A DNA stretch of 63,137 nt, filler included, from Octopus bimaculoides (GCF_001194135.2; 6 parts of 6 records of this genome joined end to end with filler, not necessarily neighbours in it), one strand, 5' to 3'; positions 12,138 through 26,182 are shown, counted from the whole stretch's first letter. Translations and numbers: made by a program. Notes: generated by a model not told the origin, from the sequence alone.

Positions 12138-12730
12138 TAGGTTAAGGTTCACATATCCCCACCCGCGAAGAACAGAGATAAATAGATAAAATTTCACAAA
12201 CATTGGACTTCTTTAACAAGGAAAGGAATTTTATATATTGTTTACATTTACGTAAAACTTGTACTTTTATTGTGACGGAACATCAACGATCGCAAAGCTG
12301 GGGTAAATAAATAATATAAATAAGATAAATAAATATATAAACAAATAAGTTACTAATAAATCATTCCACAGATAACATTTTTGGTTTCTTTGTTGTATTA
12401 GTCCTGGCCTAAAATCAGAATTAGTCATACAATCGTGCAACTCAACCAATGTTTGTAGCTCTGTTTCTTGTGGAACAAAGAGCTGTGGCTCATCCGATTG
12501 GTCGCTCGAGGTGCTAGAAAGAGCAGCGAACTCGTCTCTCAAGTCACCCCATGCTGTCTTAAGTTTGGAACGAGATCTTCGATAAACTAGTCCTACAGAG
12601 ATAGACATACCACGAATGAGAGAAATAAAATGAGATGGTCACGGTTGGAATGACTTTGATCATTGGTCTACGTCTAGGCTTGTTTTGATCAGAATTAAGT
12701 TGGGGACTAATAACAACAACAACAACAACA

Positions 12731-13482
12731 ACGTTCTCAACCATTTAAAAAAACATCTATGGACCTCTTTCATTACTATCTTATTCTGGTGGATCCTCCC
12801 CTTCTTTTAAAATTCCTATTTTGTTTCTTACACATTCCTTTGTGTCGGTTGTATAATGGCGTCGGTGTTTTATGACGTTACCCTTTTGTTGTTGGCACTC
12901 CGTCGCTTACGACGTCGAGGGTTCCAGTTGATCCGATCAACAGAACAGCCTGCTCGTGAAATTAACGTGCAAGTGGCTGAGTACTCCACAGACACGTGTA
13001 CCCTTAACGTAGTTCTCGGGGATATTCAGCGTGACACAGTGTGACAAGGCTGACCCTTTGAATTACAGGTACAACAGAAACAGGAAATAAGAGTGAGAGA
13101 AAGTTGTGGTGGAAGAGTACAGCAGGGTTTGCCGCCATCCCCTGCCGGAGCCTCATGAAACTTTAGGTGTTTTCGCTCAATAAACACTTACAACGCCCAG
13201 TCTGGGAATCGAAACCACGATCCTATGACCGTGAGTCCGCTGCCCTAACCAGTGGGCCATTGCGCCTCCACAGACGTTACCCTGTACCCGCAGTAAAACC
13301 TCAGAGAAAGAAACCTATTTGTATATTACAATACGTACCAACACATACATCTAAAACAAAATTCTTTTTAGGGGGCCCTTGAAATACTATTGTAGATCCC
13401 TAATTTACTATTTTCTTGTGTGGACCCCAGAAGCTTATATGGACCCTCAGGGGCCCATATGGATCCCGGTTGAGAATCACTG
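12731..13482. mobile_element. hAT-type MITE carrying a nested SINE C
   Basis: Ends ..GTTCTCAACC and GGTTGAGAATCACTG (CAGTG(G/T)TTCTCAACC-type hAT TIR). The interior resembles 52230-52985. Confidence 0.7.
12885..13272 (-). mobile_element. SINE family C, full length
   Basis: Perfect 11-bp TSD GACGTTACCCT at 12874-12884 and 13273-13283. Highly similar to 10527-10915. Confidence 0.93.
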
Positions 13483-13639
13483 GTTTAACTGTTAAAACAT
13501 GCAAAAAAGACCTGCTTCATCCTGACAACGACGACGCCGACGACGACAGCAACACTAAACCTTTAACTGTTAAAACGAGCAAAAGGCTTTCTCAACAACG
13601 ACAACCACAACAATGATTCATTTAATTTGGTTACATCGA

Positions 13640-13795
13640 CTCCAGTACTTGACTGGTACTTATTCTATTGACCCCGAAAGGATGAAAGGCAAAGTCGGGC
13701 TCGGCGGAATTTGAACTCAGGACGCAAGGACGGACGAAACACCGTTAAGCTTTTCGCCCGGCGTGCTACCCATTCTGCCAGCTCGCCGCCATAAA
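13640..13795 (-). mobile_element. SINE family B
   Basis: Reverse complement of the family B head and body. Confidence 0.85.
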
Positions 13796-13911
13796 AACGA
13801 TTCAGTTAATTTGGACAAACCAATTTATTTCCGTTGATATTTAGGGACCACCCGATATATCATGAGAAACATATTCAGTGATTGAAAAACTGATGTAAAT
13901 GACTGAACAAA

Positions 13912-13950
<39 letters not shown>

Positions 13951-16840
13951 ATAGGTTACTGATAACAATTCTATTGATAAACGACGACCTATTTTTTTTC
14001 TTTTAATATNNNNNNNNNNNNNNNNNNNNNNNNNNNNNNNNNNNNNNNNNNNNTTAATTAATTAANNNNNNNNNNNNNNNNNNNNNNNNNNNNNNNNNNN
14101 NNNNNNNNNTATATATTTACATAGCTTAAAACATGTTTCAAAGTTGGTCAGTGCTATATCTACTTAGTAACATCTCTTATGTGACTTTTACGTTCCGATT
14201 TTAGTTATGATAGAGCGTTTGCTTACAGAGTCATTGACTCGAATATATCTAGATATAGTAGTTTTATCGGGTTTCGCTTCAGGAAATATTTGCATAAAAC
14301 TTTTGACGGTTATGTAATCCTTTTCCTCTATTTTAGGATAATATTAAGAAGCACATGACGTCCTAAACAAAGTAATTTTGGGGTAATGTCCTCGTGTGAT
14401 ATGAGCCTAAATTGTAATGGAAATTCTATAGCAATAGGTCCCTCCCTTCGGTTAAACGCAAACTCGATGTGAATGCCATTTGGAACCACAGCAGTTAGCA
14501 GTACTCTATGTATAGCCGAACAAAAAAAATGGAAAATGATGACATTTCAGCAGTTTCTCTTGTCCAAATTACAACAGATACATTTATTTCTCATTTACAG
14601 CATCGATCTATACTTTTGTTGGGTTTGAATATATGGCATAAATCCCATAAATTTGCTAACCCTGTGGAAGGATTTGCTAAGGGCAGGATTTATTATACCA
14701 GTGTTTAATGGTGTCATCAAATTGATCAAGGAAGTTCGTTAGGCATATTCTACTGCGACAGAATCATCATGTTCGGAATTTAGATCTTGCTCTCCAACAG
14801 ACCAATTATATTTGACCTCACACCCTTTACAAATGCTTTGAAGAGATGAGTGTCAAGTGACATTACGTTATAGCTAATTTCACGTCATCTGTTTCCTGTA
14901 TTGAAAACTGCGATTTAAGTATGTAGCTCCGGTATAGAGATTTTCTTCAGATTTTAGTTTGACAAAAAGGATAATGGTGTCTATTTTCGTTCAGCCACAT
15001 AGCAAGGAATATATCAGAGCCTACCAAAGTATACTGTTGATTTCGTTAGTTGGTGCAATGAATGCTGAGAAACAGGGCTGTTTTGGAAACAAAATTTATA
15101 AATTTGCACTATATATAATTATTAGAAATAAAAGAAGCTTTCTGTGAAGCACTCTGTGTGATGATGTATGCTTTCATGATATGCCACAGACATTTTTCAA
15201 ATCAAATGTTATATTTTCTCTTGATTGTGGATGATTTTGATGGTAGTAATTTAATTTATTAATTTTTCATGAAGACATTTGATTTTCTTGTTTAGTGTTT
15301 CTTTTGTTGTCGTCTTTTTAGGCATTGTGAGCCTCCTTGAGTATTTGCTAATACTATTTGCTAAAAAGTGATTGAACATGCAATGCTGAAAACAATCTTC
15401 TTTATGTTCGTCTATATTCCTTCAATAACAGGAGTGCGATAAACAAAACATTTTGTCTAAAAGCTTTACTTACCCGTAAAATAGTTATTTTATATACATA
15501 TATATTATATTATATTATATTATATTATATTATATTATATTATATACATTGCCAAGAAATTGCAGAACAAATAACCTTGGATAGGATTCTATATAATTTC
15601 AGTCAGAACGAAGTGTTAGTGAAGTATAGAGTGCTAAAGGAGATCACAAATAAATAAACGATTATGTTATTAACTTCATTAACTTCCTGCTGTTTCTGCT
15701 TTAATATACATCGGACTCATCGTTGAATGCCTATGAAACATCATGTTGCTTCGGGAAAGATTATTGGTTATAATTTCATCATAATCGAGGCGGCTGTGAT
15801 GAAGCTACAAAGTGTTACTTAAGCACTCAACTATGATTTCGCTGTATATTATACAAGGAACAGCTGAAAGCTCATTAGGTTAGTAAGATAGTCACCGATT
15901 CCCTTTTTATCTCATTTTCTAATATATATGTGTGTGTGTGTGTGAGCCTTGATATATGTATATATGTAGTATTAGTAGACTTGAGATCTGAGCGTAGACG
16001 TTTTCACTTTTGACGAAAGCAGTAACATTCGCAGAAAAAAGCGATAACAGCAAGTCGACTAATTTTCAAATGAAATTTGCTTGAATTAGTTCTCATAGTA
16101 AATATTGAACAATGCATCTCCACCCGTAATAGATTTTGTCTTTATGCTTAATTTTAAATACCAGTATTAATATTCACATCTCGAAATGTTTAATAGGCTT
16201 TTAGCGTTGGCCATATTTGCTCAGGGCATTTCCTTATTTCAAAACTGATGTGTGTATAAAATGTAAGAACTAATAAATACAATCAACGTTTGCACGCTTT
16301 TTCCTTTTCAAAATATTATATTAAATTAATTTGTGAAAAAATAAATTGCAAACGAATTTTATTCTTGTGTTTATATCTTTCCTTGCTTCTTTATGCAGCA
16401 GAGAAATAATCATATTATATATTTATATTTTTAATGTTTTTCTACAGTGTTAATAAAATTATATGCTATAATTAGAAACAAGACATTATTAAAATTCAAT
16501 GCCGAGAATTTTGCGTCATGGGCCATATTATAACGACTTCCGATATTTCTAGTATTAGGCAAATCAAATTAGCATTAATAAGAAGTATATGTACGGGAAG
16601 TTTTACTCACATATACTCACGCACACACACACATACACACACACACACACACACAGATATATAAACAAACAAACACGCGCGCACAGATTTATGAATGTAT
16701 ATATATATATATGTATACAAATACATATATAAATATACACATATATGCACACGTACCGTCATATAATTATATGCACACAATATATATAACTATACATACT
16801 TACATACATAAATATGTATATATATACACACACACACACA

Positions 16841-16876
<36 letters not shown>

Positions 16877-18104
16877 TATTCTCACATGTACATTCATGTC
16901 GATGTAAATATTTATGTCTGTCACAATGTGTCAGTATATATATATATATATATATATATATANNNNNNNNNNNNNNNNNNNNNNNNNNNNNNNNNNNNNN
17001 NNNNNNNNNNNNNNNNNNNNNNNNNNNNNNNNNNNNNNNNNNNNNNNNNNNNNNNNNNNNNNNNNNNNNNNNNNNNNNNNNNNNNNNNNNNNNNNNNNNN
17101 NNNNNNNNNNNNNNNNNNNNNNNNNNNNNNNNNNNNNNNNNNNNNNNNNNNNNNNNNNNNNNNNNNNNNNNNNNNNNNNNNNNNNNNNNNNNNNNNNNNN
17201 NNNNNNNNNNNNNNNNNNNNNNNNNNNNNNNNNNNNNNNNNNNNNNNNNNNNNNNNNNNNNNNNNNNNNNNNNNNNNNNNNNNNNNNNNNNNNNNNNNNN
17301 NNNNNNNNNNNNNNNNNNNNNNNNNNNNNNNNNNNNNNNNNNNNNNNNNNNNNNNNNNNNNNNNNNNNNNNNNNNNNNNNNNNNNNNNNNNNNNNNNNNN
17401 NNNNNNNNNNNNNNNNNNNNNNNNNNNNNNNNNNNNNNNNNNNNNNNNNNNNNNNNNNNNNNNNNNNNNNNNNNNNNNNNNNNNNNNNNNNNNNNNNNNN
17501 NNNNNNNNNNNNNNNNNNNNNNNNNNNNNNNNNNNNNNNNNNNNNNNNNNNNNNNNNNNNNNNNNNNNNNNNNNNNNNNNNNNNNNNNNNNNNNNNNNNN
17601 NNNNNNNNNNNNNNNNNNNNNNNNNNNNNNNNNNNNNNNNNNNNNNNNNNNNNNNNNNNNNNNNNNNNNNNNNNNTATATATATATATATATACATATAC
17701 ATGTAGAAGTGTATGTATCTGTTTATATAGGTGTATATGCATGTGAGTTGATATGTACGTTGTATATGTGTGTATACATGGTGCATGTATTCATTTATTT
17801 GCCTTTATAATTGCATGATTAAGAATTGAACGGCGGAAATGCTGTCGTGTCACGTAAATTGACAAAACCTGTACAAGTCAGAGCTGTTATATTTCAACGA
17901 TTGGCAATGTATTCAGGAGTTTTAGTAATTTGACAGCTTCCATCAATAAGCTTTAAGTAATTTTCTACAATCTTCTGAACATTTAGAATAGTTTATTCAT
18001 TAAATTGTCCCACAAACTTTAATGGGGTTCTCTGAATACAACGCAACACAATAATTAATATAAGAGTTATCTGTAATTATATTTATATACATGTGTGTGC
18101 ATAA

Positions 18105-18810
18105 CAGGGGAAACAGATATTTTCGGTAAGAAACTAATGATTTGGAAAGCATGACCTACAGATAACCTTATATTTGTATAATTTTCACTAGTCTCGCCCG
18201 TATGTTTTTGCTTAGCTGAATTTTTCTTTGAGAACTTACCTGTGATCTTCAAGCTCATTAGCAGTCCACTTAGTGGTCTCTTTTATATATACGTATACAA
18301 TAATCCTTTTGAGATCTCACAAAATTTTTTTTGAATCTTCTGAGTCTTTTAATGTGCTGGTTTCCTGGTATTAAATTGATATTAATTAATATCAAATATT
18401 TTACCCTATTATTTTAATTAACCATAATCACGTTCTCAAAGTTGGTAAATTCGATGCAGAAATTATTTTCTGCAGAGCTATTTCCGGATTTAGCGCGCCA
18501 AAACTAAGACTTTGGAATATTACTCGATATAATTAATAGAACCATGTGCACGGTTTTCACTCGTTGGGAACAGCTACCACACGACTCTGTGAATTATATC
18601 TCTCTGGTAGTCTGTACTGAAGAGAGACGGATATTTTCGGTAAGAAAGTATTGATTTCGAAACATGGTCTACAGATAACCTTATATTTATTTCTATAATT
18701 TTCACTAGTCTCGCCCGTATGTTTTTGATTCGCTGAATTTTTCTTTGCGAACTTTTCTGTGATCTTCTTGTAGCAGATTGGCAGTCCACTTAGTGGTCTC
18801 TTTTATATCT
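18105..18810 (+). repeat. Diverged direct repeat (period 514 bp) carrying a hammerhead motif
   Basis: About 18105-18290 aligns with about 18620-18810. ATATTTTCGGTAAGAAA starts at 18117 and at 18631. Confidence 0.9.
18611..18675 (+). ncRNA. Type I hammerhead ribozyme
   Basis: Stem I TCTGTA/TACAGA. Core CTGAAGA at 18617-18623. Stem II GAGA/TTTC extended by ATATTTTC/GAAAGTAT. GAAA at 18659-18662, stem III ACATGGT, GUC cleavage after 18669. Confidence 0.85.
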
Positions 18811-19784
18811 GCATATACAATATATATNNNNNNNNNNNNNNNNNNNNNNNNNNNNNNNNNNNNNNNNNNNNNNNNNNNNNNNNNNNNNNNNTATATATAT
18901 ATATATATATATGAACAGTCACGTGGAGAGAGAAGCGAAGAGTGGGTATTCATTAAAGCTTCCTTTGACGATGCATTTCAATTGCGAAATGGCAACTGGA
19001 ATTAGTTCTATATGTCGAGAATTTATAATCACTGGAACCCAGATTTCTTCCAAATTGAGGTACATGTACGGAGAATGATCTGCTTATCTCCTAGCGGTAG
19101 TAGAACACTCATGGTCATTGTTTCGTCATCAACACCATATTTGTCGTACTGATGACTATTGACTGCTAACGATAGAGACTCATTTTGTTTGAGGCATTTT
19201 GTATGAGAACTGCATGTTTATGGGTAATTTAACTTGAATAATTAAAACAATAATCAGCTAAGATAAATAACTGAAAGTGCCCAGTATGTTCATGGACACC
19301 AGATATTTGTATATTGCTTACATGTGAATATATATTTGTGCATGTGGATGCGTTTATGAATGTGTACTAGTCTTATTGCTGTATAAGCATGGAAACATTT
19401 TTCACTGTCCAACTCTAGTTACATGAACATACCTCACTTAGGCCAATAGTGTAGCTCTTATCCTTTCTTATCTCTTACATTTATATCCATTATGTACAGA
19501 TACCACTTCATTTTTATAGTAGTTATGGTCTTCATTGAAGCATTGCAGTTTTATTTTCAAATCACTTATTAAAATAATATACATATGAAGGATGTATTTG
19601 TGCAACTGAACACTTTTTCACTTATCATTATACACAATTGTGCATGTTACTGTAGTTAACTGAATTCCTTCTTCCTTTCATCAATGTCTTCATTACATGG
19701 GAGGTAACGCATTTCGCAACAACTCAGAATATGTTTAAGCGGCACTCTAAGAAGGTGACGTATTCGAAGACGTATTTGAAGATA

Positions 19785-19990
19785 ATGCACATGGCTCAGT
19801 AATTAGACGGTAAGGCTCAATCATCAGGTAGTGAGTTCGATTCCCGGACCGGGATGTATGTTATATTCTTGAGCAAAATCATTTATTTCACGTTGCTCCT
19901 GTTCATTCAGTTGTAGAAGTGAGGTGCAATGTCAATTGAGGCTAATTGCATCGGTGTTTGTCTTTCCCTTGAGTAACATCTACGGCGTGG
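19785..19990 (+). mobile_element. Diverged SINE family C, 5' part
   Basis: TGGCTCAGTAATTAG...GAGTTCGATTCCCGG...CTTGAGCAAAA...TTTCACGTTGCTCC. Confidence 0.7.
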
Positions 19991-20479
19991 TGATGATAGG
20001 CTGGTATGCATGGACGGCTGCATTTGTATAACAGTTGTCATATGAAAACAAACAACTTTGTAGTAACAACAGCTGATGATCACTTATCAGAAGCAAAATG
20101 ATATAAATGGCGGAAATGGGAAAAGGAATGAATGTAAGAACAGGAAAGTAAAGTGAGCAAAATTCCTGTGCTCAGCACTGATCATTAGGAGATGTACCTG
20201 TAGTGTAGTATCAGGTCTGATATAGAACGGATTGTTGAAAATTTCAATAATCAAGTATTCAAGTATTTGAGGGGATAAGTATTAACTAATTTATTGCATT
20301 TAAACACTTGTAGCCTGATGATTAACGATAATCGAAGTAAATGACTATCGATAGGTGCTATATTAAAATTAAGCTAGTATTGGTATCAGTTATATTATTT
20401 GGGGAAGTTAATGTAGAATCTATTTATACGTATCGTTAGTATGCTTGTGAAATAGATGAAATGAAAATACAATTTATTT

Positions 20480-21260
20480 TTATTTGGGAAGAGCTAGTAT
20501 ATGAATATTTGCTGCCTTGTCAAAAAGGGAATTATCATATATATCTAACAATTAATGATTCATAAATGGTAATTGATATATCTGAATTAAAACATACATC
20601 TAAGGAATAATAATTTATAATGGGTAGTACAAAGAATCTCTATGTGGATTAATGGTCTAGTTGAGGTGATATCATTAAAGGCTGATCAAATCAAATGTCT
20701 ATATTTTAGAATTTAACTCAAACTAAGCTTGACGACAGAGCAGCAAAAATATTTAGGTAAAATAGTGTTGAAATGCACACACACGTATACTTATAGAGTA
20801 AAGAATAATTAATAACAATACATTTAGTATTTGGTAGTGTGAAGGAGAAAGTAAACATGTATCATATATTCAAGGTATGCTTTGACGGGCATGATATGTT
20901 TTCATGATATATTTTCGCATGCATCATATATCTAAAATGTGTTTTCACATGCATCTAGAAAATTATGCGACGATATATATTTTAAGATAAAATATTCAAA
21001 TAGAATATTTCATAACAGGCAGTTACACGAGGAGCGTTTTACGACACAGACTTTTATCTAGGATAAATATGAATGTCATACGAGTGGTTCGGAGAGCTTT
21101 GAATGACCTCTAATTATTTATTGCTACAAGTTAGAAGTTCTATATTGCAAAGTGTAGTGAAATATATGTAACAAGAGCGCTAAGAGAGCGCAAACGTCCG
21201 CCAGTATTTCTTTATTTTGCCACTACGGCCACAACACAGAGGGGACACTAAAAAGACAGA
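20480..21260 (+). mobile_element. Possible highly decayed Penelope C-terminal (GIY-YIG) region ending in a hammerhead-like relic
   Basis: IIKG*SNQMSIF*NLTQTKLD resembles the PLE motif IIKSKRQPxNLKxxLTxAKF. AAGAGCGC-taagaga-GCGC-AAACGTC at about 21175-21199. Confidence 0.35.
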
Positions 21261-21519
21261 TACAACACCACAGTGAGGACAAAAAATAAAACGAATGAAA
21301 ATAAGATATTATATAAGAATTAAAAATTAAATGGCTGCGTGGGCCCAAATCCCATGCAGTATCATTTGAATGTTTATATAAACTATTTACAATCGTTCTA
21401 TTATCTTATTGTTTTTTCTTAACCCCTTTTTTTTCCTCTTTTTTAAAAAAAAACAATGTTACTTTTTTCATTCTTTCTTCAATAAAACTATTTTACTTAC
21501 CTTTTTCCTTTTTAATATC

Positions 21520-23520
21520 TCATGAAATATTCTAAATCTTTTAGCTCCACTGCTGGTAACAATTCATCGAACTCCACCATCACTCTTGGCGGGCCAATCC
21601 CTTTTCCACGAACGTATTTTAGTCTGTTTTATATGCAACTCCTCCTTGAACATTTCAAGTTTCTTTGCGCGCATTTTATCCACCACCATTTCGTCCGCCT
21701 TCCTTCTCGTCTCCTCCTTTTCCATCTCTTCTTTATTCTTTTTCTACTGCTCTGACGGAGAGCTCACTCACACACTTCTCTTTCTTTTTTTAACCACCGT
21801 TGCTTTCTCCTTTATCTCGACCTGTAGCACCTGGTTCGTGCTCTCCTGCGTCTGCGTCTGTTCTATCAGTTGTTCCCTCTAGGAGCACTTTTCCTTCATG
21901 TGGCTCTTTTCCCCACATGTATAACATATTGGCGGCCTGCCCTCCACCACCACTCTCAATCTTACGTCATCGAGTAGCACTATCTCTCCGACAATTCTGT
22001 TTCGGTCTTTCTCTATTGCTGGAACGGATAAATCTATTCCATATCCCTGGTTGTTACTACTTTGGGTTATTGTAGACTCCAGTATGTGGCCTCCTCATTC
22101 ATGTCATACATTATGGCTGTCATCACCCATGCTTATTTCAGCTCTGGGGGCACTTTGCCAACTTGCACCCCGGCCACACGTTTGTCACAGTACTGTCGCA
22201 AAAGTACCCATTCTTCTAATTTTATTGCCTAAGCGGAGTGCTTAATTGCTTCCTATTCCGATGCAAAACGCACCTCCACAGTAGCGTACTTTCTCCCTCT
22301 TGTTATAAATGTGGTTTGTCTTTTTTATATTCTTCAAACATTGATTGTCGATATTTCTATTTTCCTTGTTGCTATATTCATTGCCTTATATATCACAGTT
22401 ATTTTCATTACATTGGTTGTTAGTTCCCCAGGCGGCGCTAATTTCAATGTATTTCCGTCTCTTTCCAGCAACTTCTCGCATTCTTTCATTTTTCGAGGTT
22501 CAACCTTTATTTCTCGTACCTTCAGAGTTTCCACGTCTTTCACTTTTCCAGTCGCAGCCGCTTAACTGTGAACCAACAGTTCAACATCCTGTCTTGCATC
22601 TGTTGGCTTCCGTTTTCCCTATTTCTAAAAAAAGACAATATCACTATTTACACCATATATTCCAGTATAGCTTCGAATGTCACCATCGGCGATCCTTTCT
22701 CCAAACAACTCCTTCAATCTTTCTCCTCTTTCCCTTACCAGCAGGACAGCTTTCATACCTTAATTGTCCTCCTTGGGCGCCAATTTAATTCTAAATATGT
22801 TCTTCATCTTTGCAATCTTTTTTTCTTTCTCTACACTTTTTGTGTATTGCATCACATGTCTTAGATTTTTCCCTTTTGGTGTCACTCTCTGTTTTCTTTC
22901 ACCAATCTCTTTTTCTGTTACTTTTATTACTATCTCTGTATTCTCTCATTCTCTCTTTCATTTTCGTTCTTCTGTTCTCTCTCCTGCTTGCGAGATGATG
23001 GTAACGCTCTCTGCGTTCGCTCCTAACCCTTATTACGTGCTTCATTTTTGAAATTTTCTTTTCTACCTCTACACTTTTTTTGTAACTTATCATAGTTCTT
23101 GCAAATTTCCCCTTCGGTGATTCTCTCTGCGGTTTGTCACCACTCTCTTCCTCTGTTGCTGGTATTCCCGTCTCTTTTTTCTCCTTCCTTCACACTTTCA
23201 TGTTTCTTCTTCTGTCCTCCCTCCTCCCTACTAGTTGAAGTCAACGGTCTTTGTTTTCGTTCCTCACTTGGCTCCTCATTCCTTCTTTTCTTGTTCTCCT
23301 CTGCCTTTCTTTTCTTCTTCTGGCTTTCCACATCACTTCTCTTTCTTTCTACCATTCTATATTTTACCACTATTTCCTCCTCCTCCGCTGTTGCGCACTC
23401 TTCGTCCTGACCCTCCTTCTCCGCCTCCTCCTGTTCGTGTTTCAGGGGATAATAATCCAGAATCCTTGTCCCCAATCGCCACTACGAAGTTCCTGCAGTA
23501 AATTTCCGGATAACACAAGG
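21520..23520 (-). mobile_element. L1/Tx1-type LINE ORF1 pseudogene with CCHC zinc knuckle
   Basis: Minus-strand translation VVVEGRPPI-CYTCGEKSHMKEKC (CX2CX4HX4C at 21885-21926). Upstream is ITRGRKYATVEVRF...VQVGKVPP and a long E/K/R-rich N-terminus. Stops and frameshifts present. Confidence 0.8.
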
Positions 23521-24087
23521 TAACTGAAACTGTGTTGGTGCTTTACTCATCATCCATTTATACAGTTTGTAGAATTTCTACATCATTATGTATATGCCCG
23601 TGTGTGAGTGATTTTATATGTTTGTGTACAATGTTTTACCCCAATCCACTCGTGTATCTATAACTATATAAATGTACAATGGCTGTGGAATTGTTAGACG
23701 AACATGGCCGTTAAAAGAGGTAAAACAACAATACTGTTTAGACGATTCGATAGAGGTGCGACATGCAAACGCAACAATTGTCGCTAGCAATATTAAGAAG
23801 CACTGAAATATGCAAACTCTAATATATCCAACTTAGAAGTGCCGCGGGTTTTATATAGGAGATAATATTCTCCATGAGGGATAGCTCAACACAGTCAAGG
23901 GGATCTCAGACTCAGTGGGCTAACTACACTGTCGTCCCGTCGCTAATTTATAATAACTGGTGCTACTGTTCTGGCTCTGAGGGAACTGCAGCCAATAGTG
24001 TCTAAGAAAAAGAAAGGCACGGCTCAAAACGTTTGGATACTTGCAAGATACTCTGACTTCGAGATGCAGTCTCATGTCCGTATCTTA

Positions 24088-24158
<71 letters not shown>

Positions 24159-24208
24159 ATGTGTGTCCATCTATCTATGTACGTATGTATGTATGTATGT
24201 ATCTATCA

Positions 24209-24278
<70 letters not shown>
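24088..24278. repeat. (ATCT)n/(ATGT)n tetranucleotide microsatellite
   Basis: Visible directly in the sequence. Confidence 0.95.
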
Positions 24279-24386
24279 GCGGTCAGAGCGATGAAACCGT
24301 ACTGCACGCACTCGTGCAGTGTCCAACCATTTCGGAGCTGTGGGCTTATGTTGAACGACTGCTGTCGCGTGTGGGACGAGTCGGTT
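24277..24386 (+). mobile_element. L1/Tx1 ORF2 C-terminal zinc-binding (zf-RVT-like) fragment
   Basis: [35 protein letters not shown] is homologous to [17 protein letters not shown]...VEQLLSRIGRI at about 60770-60880 (-). Confidence 0.85.
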
Positions 24387-25669
24387 NNNNNNNNNNNNNN
24401 NNNNNNNNNNNNNNNNNNNNNNNNNNNNNNNNNNNNNNNNNNNNNNNNNNNNNNNNNNNNNNNNNNNNNNNNNNNNNNNNNNNNNNNNNNNNNNNNNNNN
24501 NNNNNNNNNNNNNNNNNNNNNNNNNNNNNNNNNNNNNNNNNNNNNNNNNNNNNNNNNNNNNNNNNNNNNNNNNNNNNNNNNNNNNNNNNNNNNNNNNNNN
24601 NNNNNNNNNNNNNNNNNNNNNNNNNNNNNNNNNNNNNNNNNNNNNNNNNNNNNNNNNNNNNNNNNNNNNNNNNNNNNNNNNNNNNNNNNNNNNNNNNNNN
24701 NNNNNNNNNNNNNNNNNNNNNNNNNNNNNNNNNNNNNNNNNNNNNNNNNNNNNNNNNNNNNNNNNNNNNNNNNNNNATTCTATAAAACGTTTTAAAATTT
24801 TGTAAACAGAGAGTTACTTACGTTTCTTGCATAAATAAAAGAAATTTTATTTAACAAACTGTGACACTAAGGACCGAGGTTACCGTGGTCTTTTCGTAGT
24901 TTTTTCTTTCCACGGATAACCTCATTTATTGAGAATTTTCTGTATTATTTCGTATTTTTTGTAAATACCCCAAACGTTTTGCGATGTTTTTTTTTCATCG
25001 CTGTCCCCACTTTTGTTTTTTTTTTCTGCTTTGTTTTCGCCCCCCTCGAAAAGAAAAAAAACTCTACATTTGTATTTTGTCCCCTCTGTGTTGAGCCCTG
25101 TGTGGCTAATAAAGAAACCTATCTATCTATCTATTTTTTTGTGTGTGTATGCATGTATGTATGTCATTATTCAGTTTTATTTGAAGTTTCCTTCCCAACA
25201 GAGAAAGAGCCGTTTTCTAATCTAGATCTAAGGCTCCTTCACTGGAGTTCCAACAACATTAACAGGATATTATTGTCTGTACGCACATCATTGCATATCT
25301 AGACATGCTCATATATACTTTAATCATAAACTTTACAGAGATTTACAGTTCCAGTGATGGCTTAGGTCTGTAGTCTTCGAATCAGCTTTCTCCATTTTGA
25401 TTTTCAGAAGACTAATTTCTCAAGATTGGTTAGTATGTATGTATTTATGCCAATATGCACGTATTTGTCTATAATGATCATATAACTCAGGGGGATTTAG
25501 AAGCTATGCATTTATGTGTAAAATAATCTATTTATCAAATACAATTCAATTGATATCGTCTCTTAACCTGAATTAGCGTCGACACTTTTGAATAAAAGCA
25601 AATTACGTATTTATCAGTTGTTATCAAATACAACGCAGAATAGTGAGAATTATTGTTACTTTCCACTTT

Positions 25670-25860
25670 TGGCACAAGGCCATCAAATTCGGAGGTGATG
25701 AGTCAGTCATATCGACCCCAATGTACATCAAATAATTATTTTATCAAAAACAGAAAACTGGAATGTCATGCGACTACGGCAGATTTTCGACTAAAGATGC
25801 AACACGAATGAAATGCATTCTGTTCTGTGTGCTAACAATTCTGCCAGCTCACCACATTAG
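25670..25860 (-). mobile_element. Diverged SINE family B
   Basis: TTGGCACAAGGCC...TCGACCCCA...GCTAACAATTCTGCCAGCTCACC. Confidence 0.65.
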
Positions 25861-26182
25861 TGAGAATTAATATTAATTTTGTGTTGCCCACGCTGAAATT
25901 GATATGGCAATTTAAAGTTATTTATTTGCTTCACAATTTTTAAATAATATTTGCGGTGAGATTACACTAGAGTTTTATACATAATTTGAAAACATTATCA
26001 TTCTTTAAAATTCCACCCATAATATGCAATCTATACGATGCATACGATGTCATTTCCTGTATGTAATAGGCAAAATATAAGGCTATTACTTTATATGAGG
26101 AAACATTAAAATATGTATATGTTATGTGTTATATGTGTGCCTGCGTCAGATTGTATATACATACGGTGGTATATACATACAA

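Noticed and set aside
14460-15470. Protein-like minus-strand stretches in non-repetitive sequence
   Set aside because: There are many stops and no family I can recognise; a TBLASTX search would be needed.
19135-20345. Other CTGATGA motifs (about 19139, 20083, 20315; also 43985)
   Set aside because: They lack a properly placed GAAA, stem III or stem I, so they are not supportable as hammerheads.
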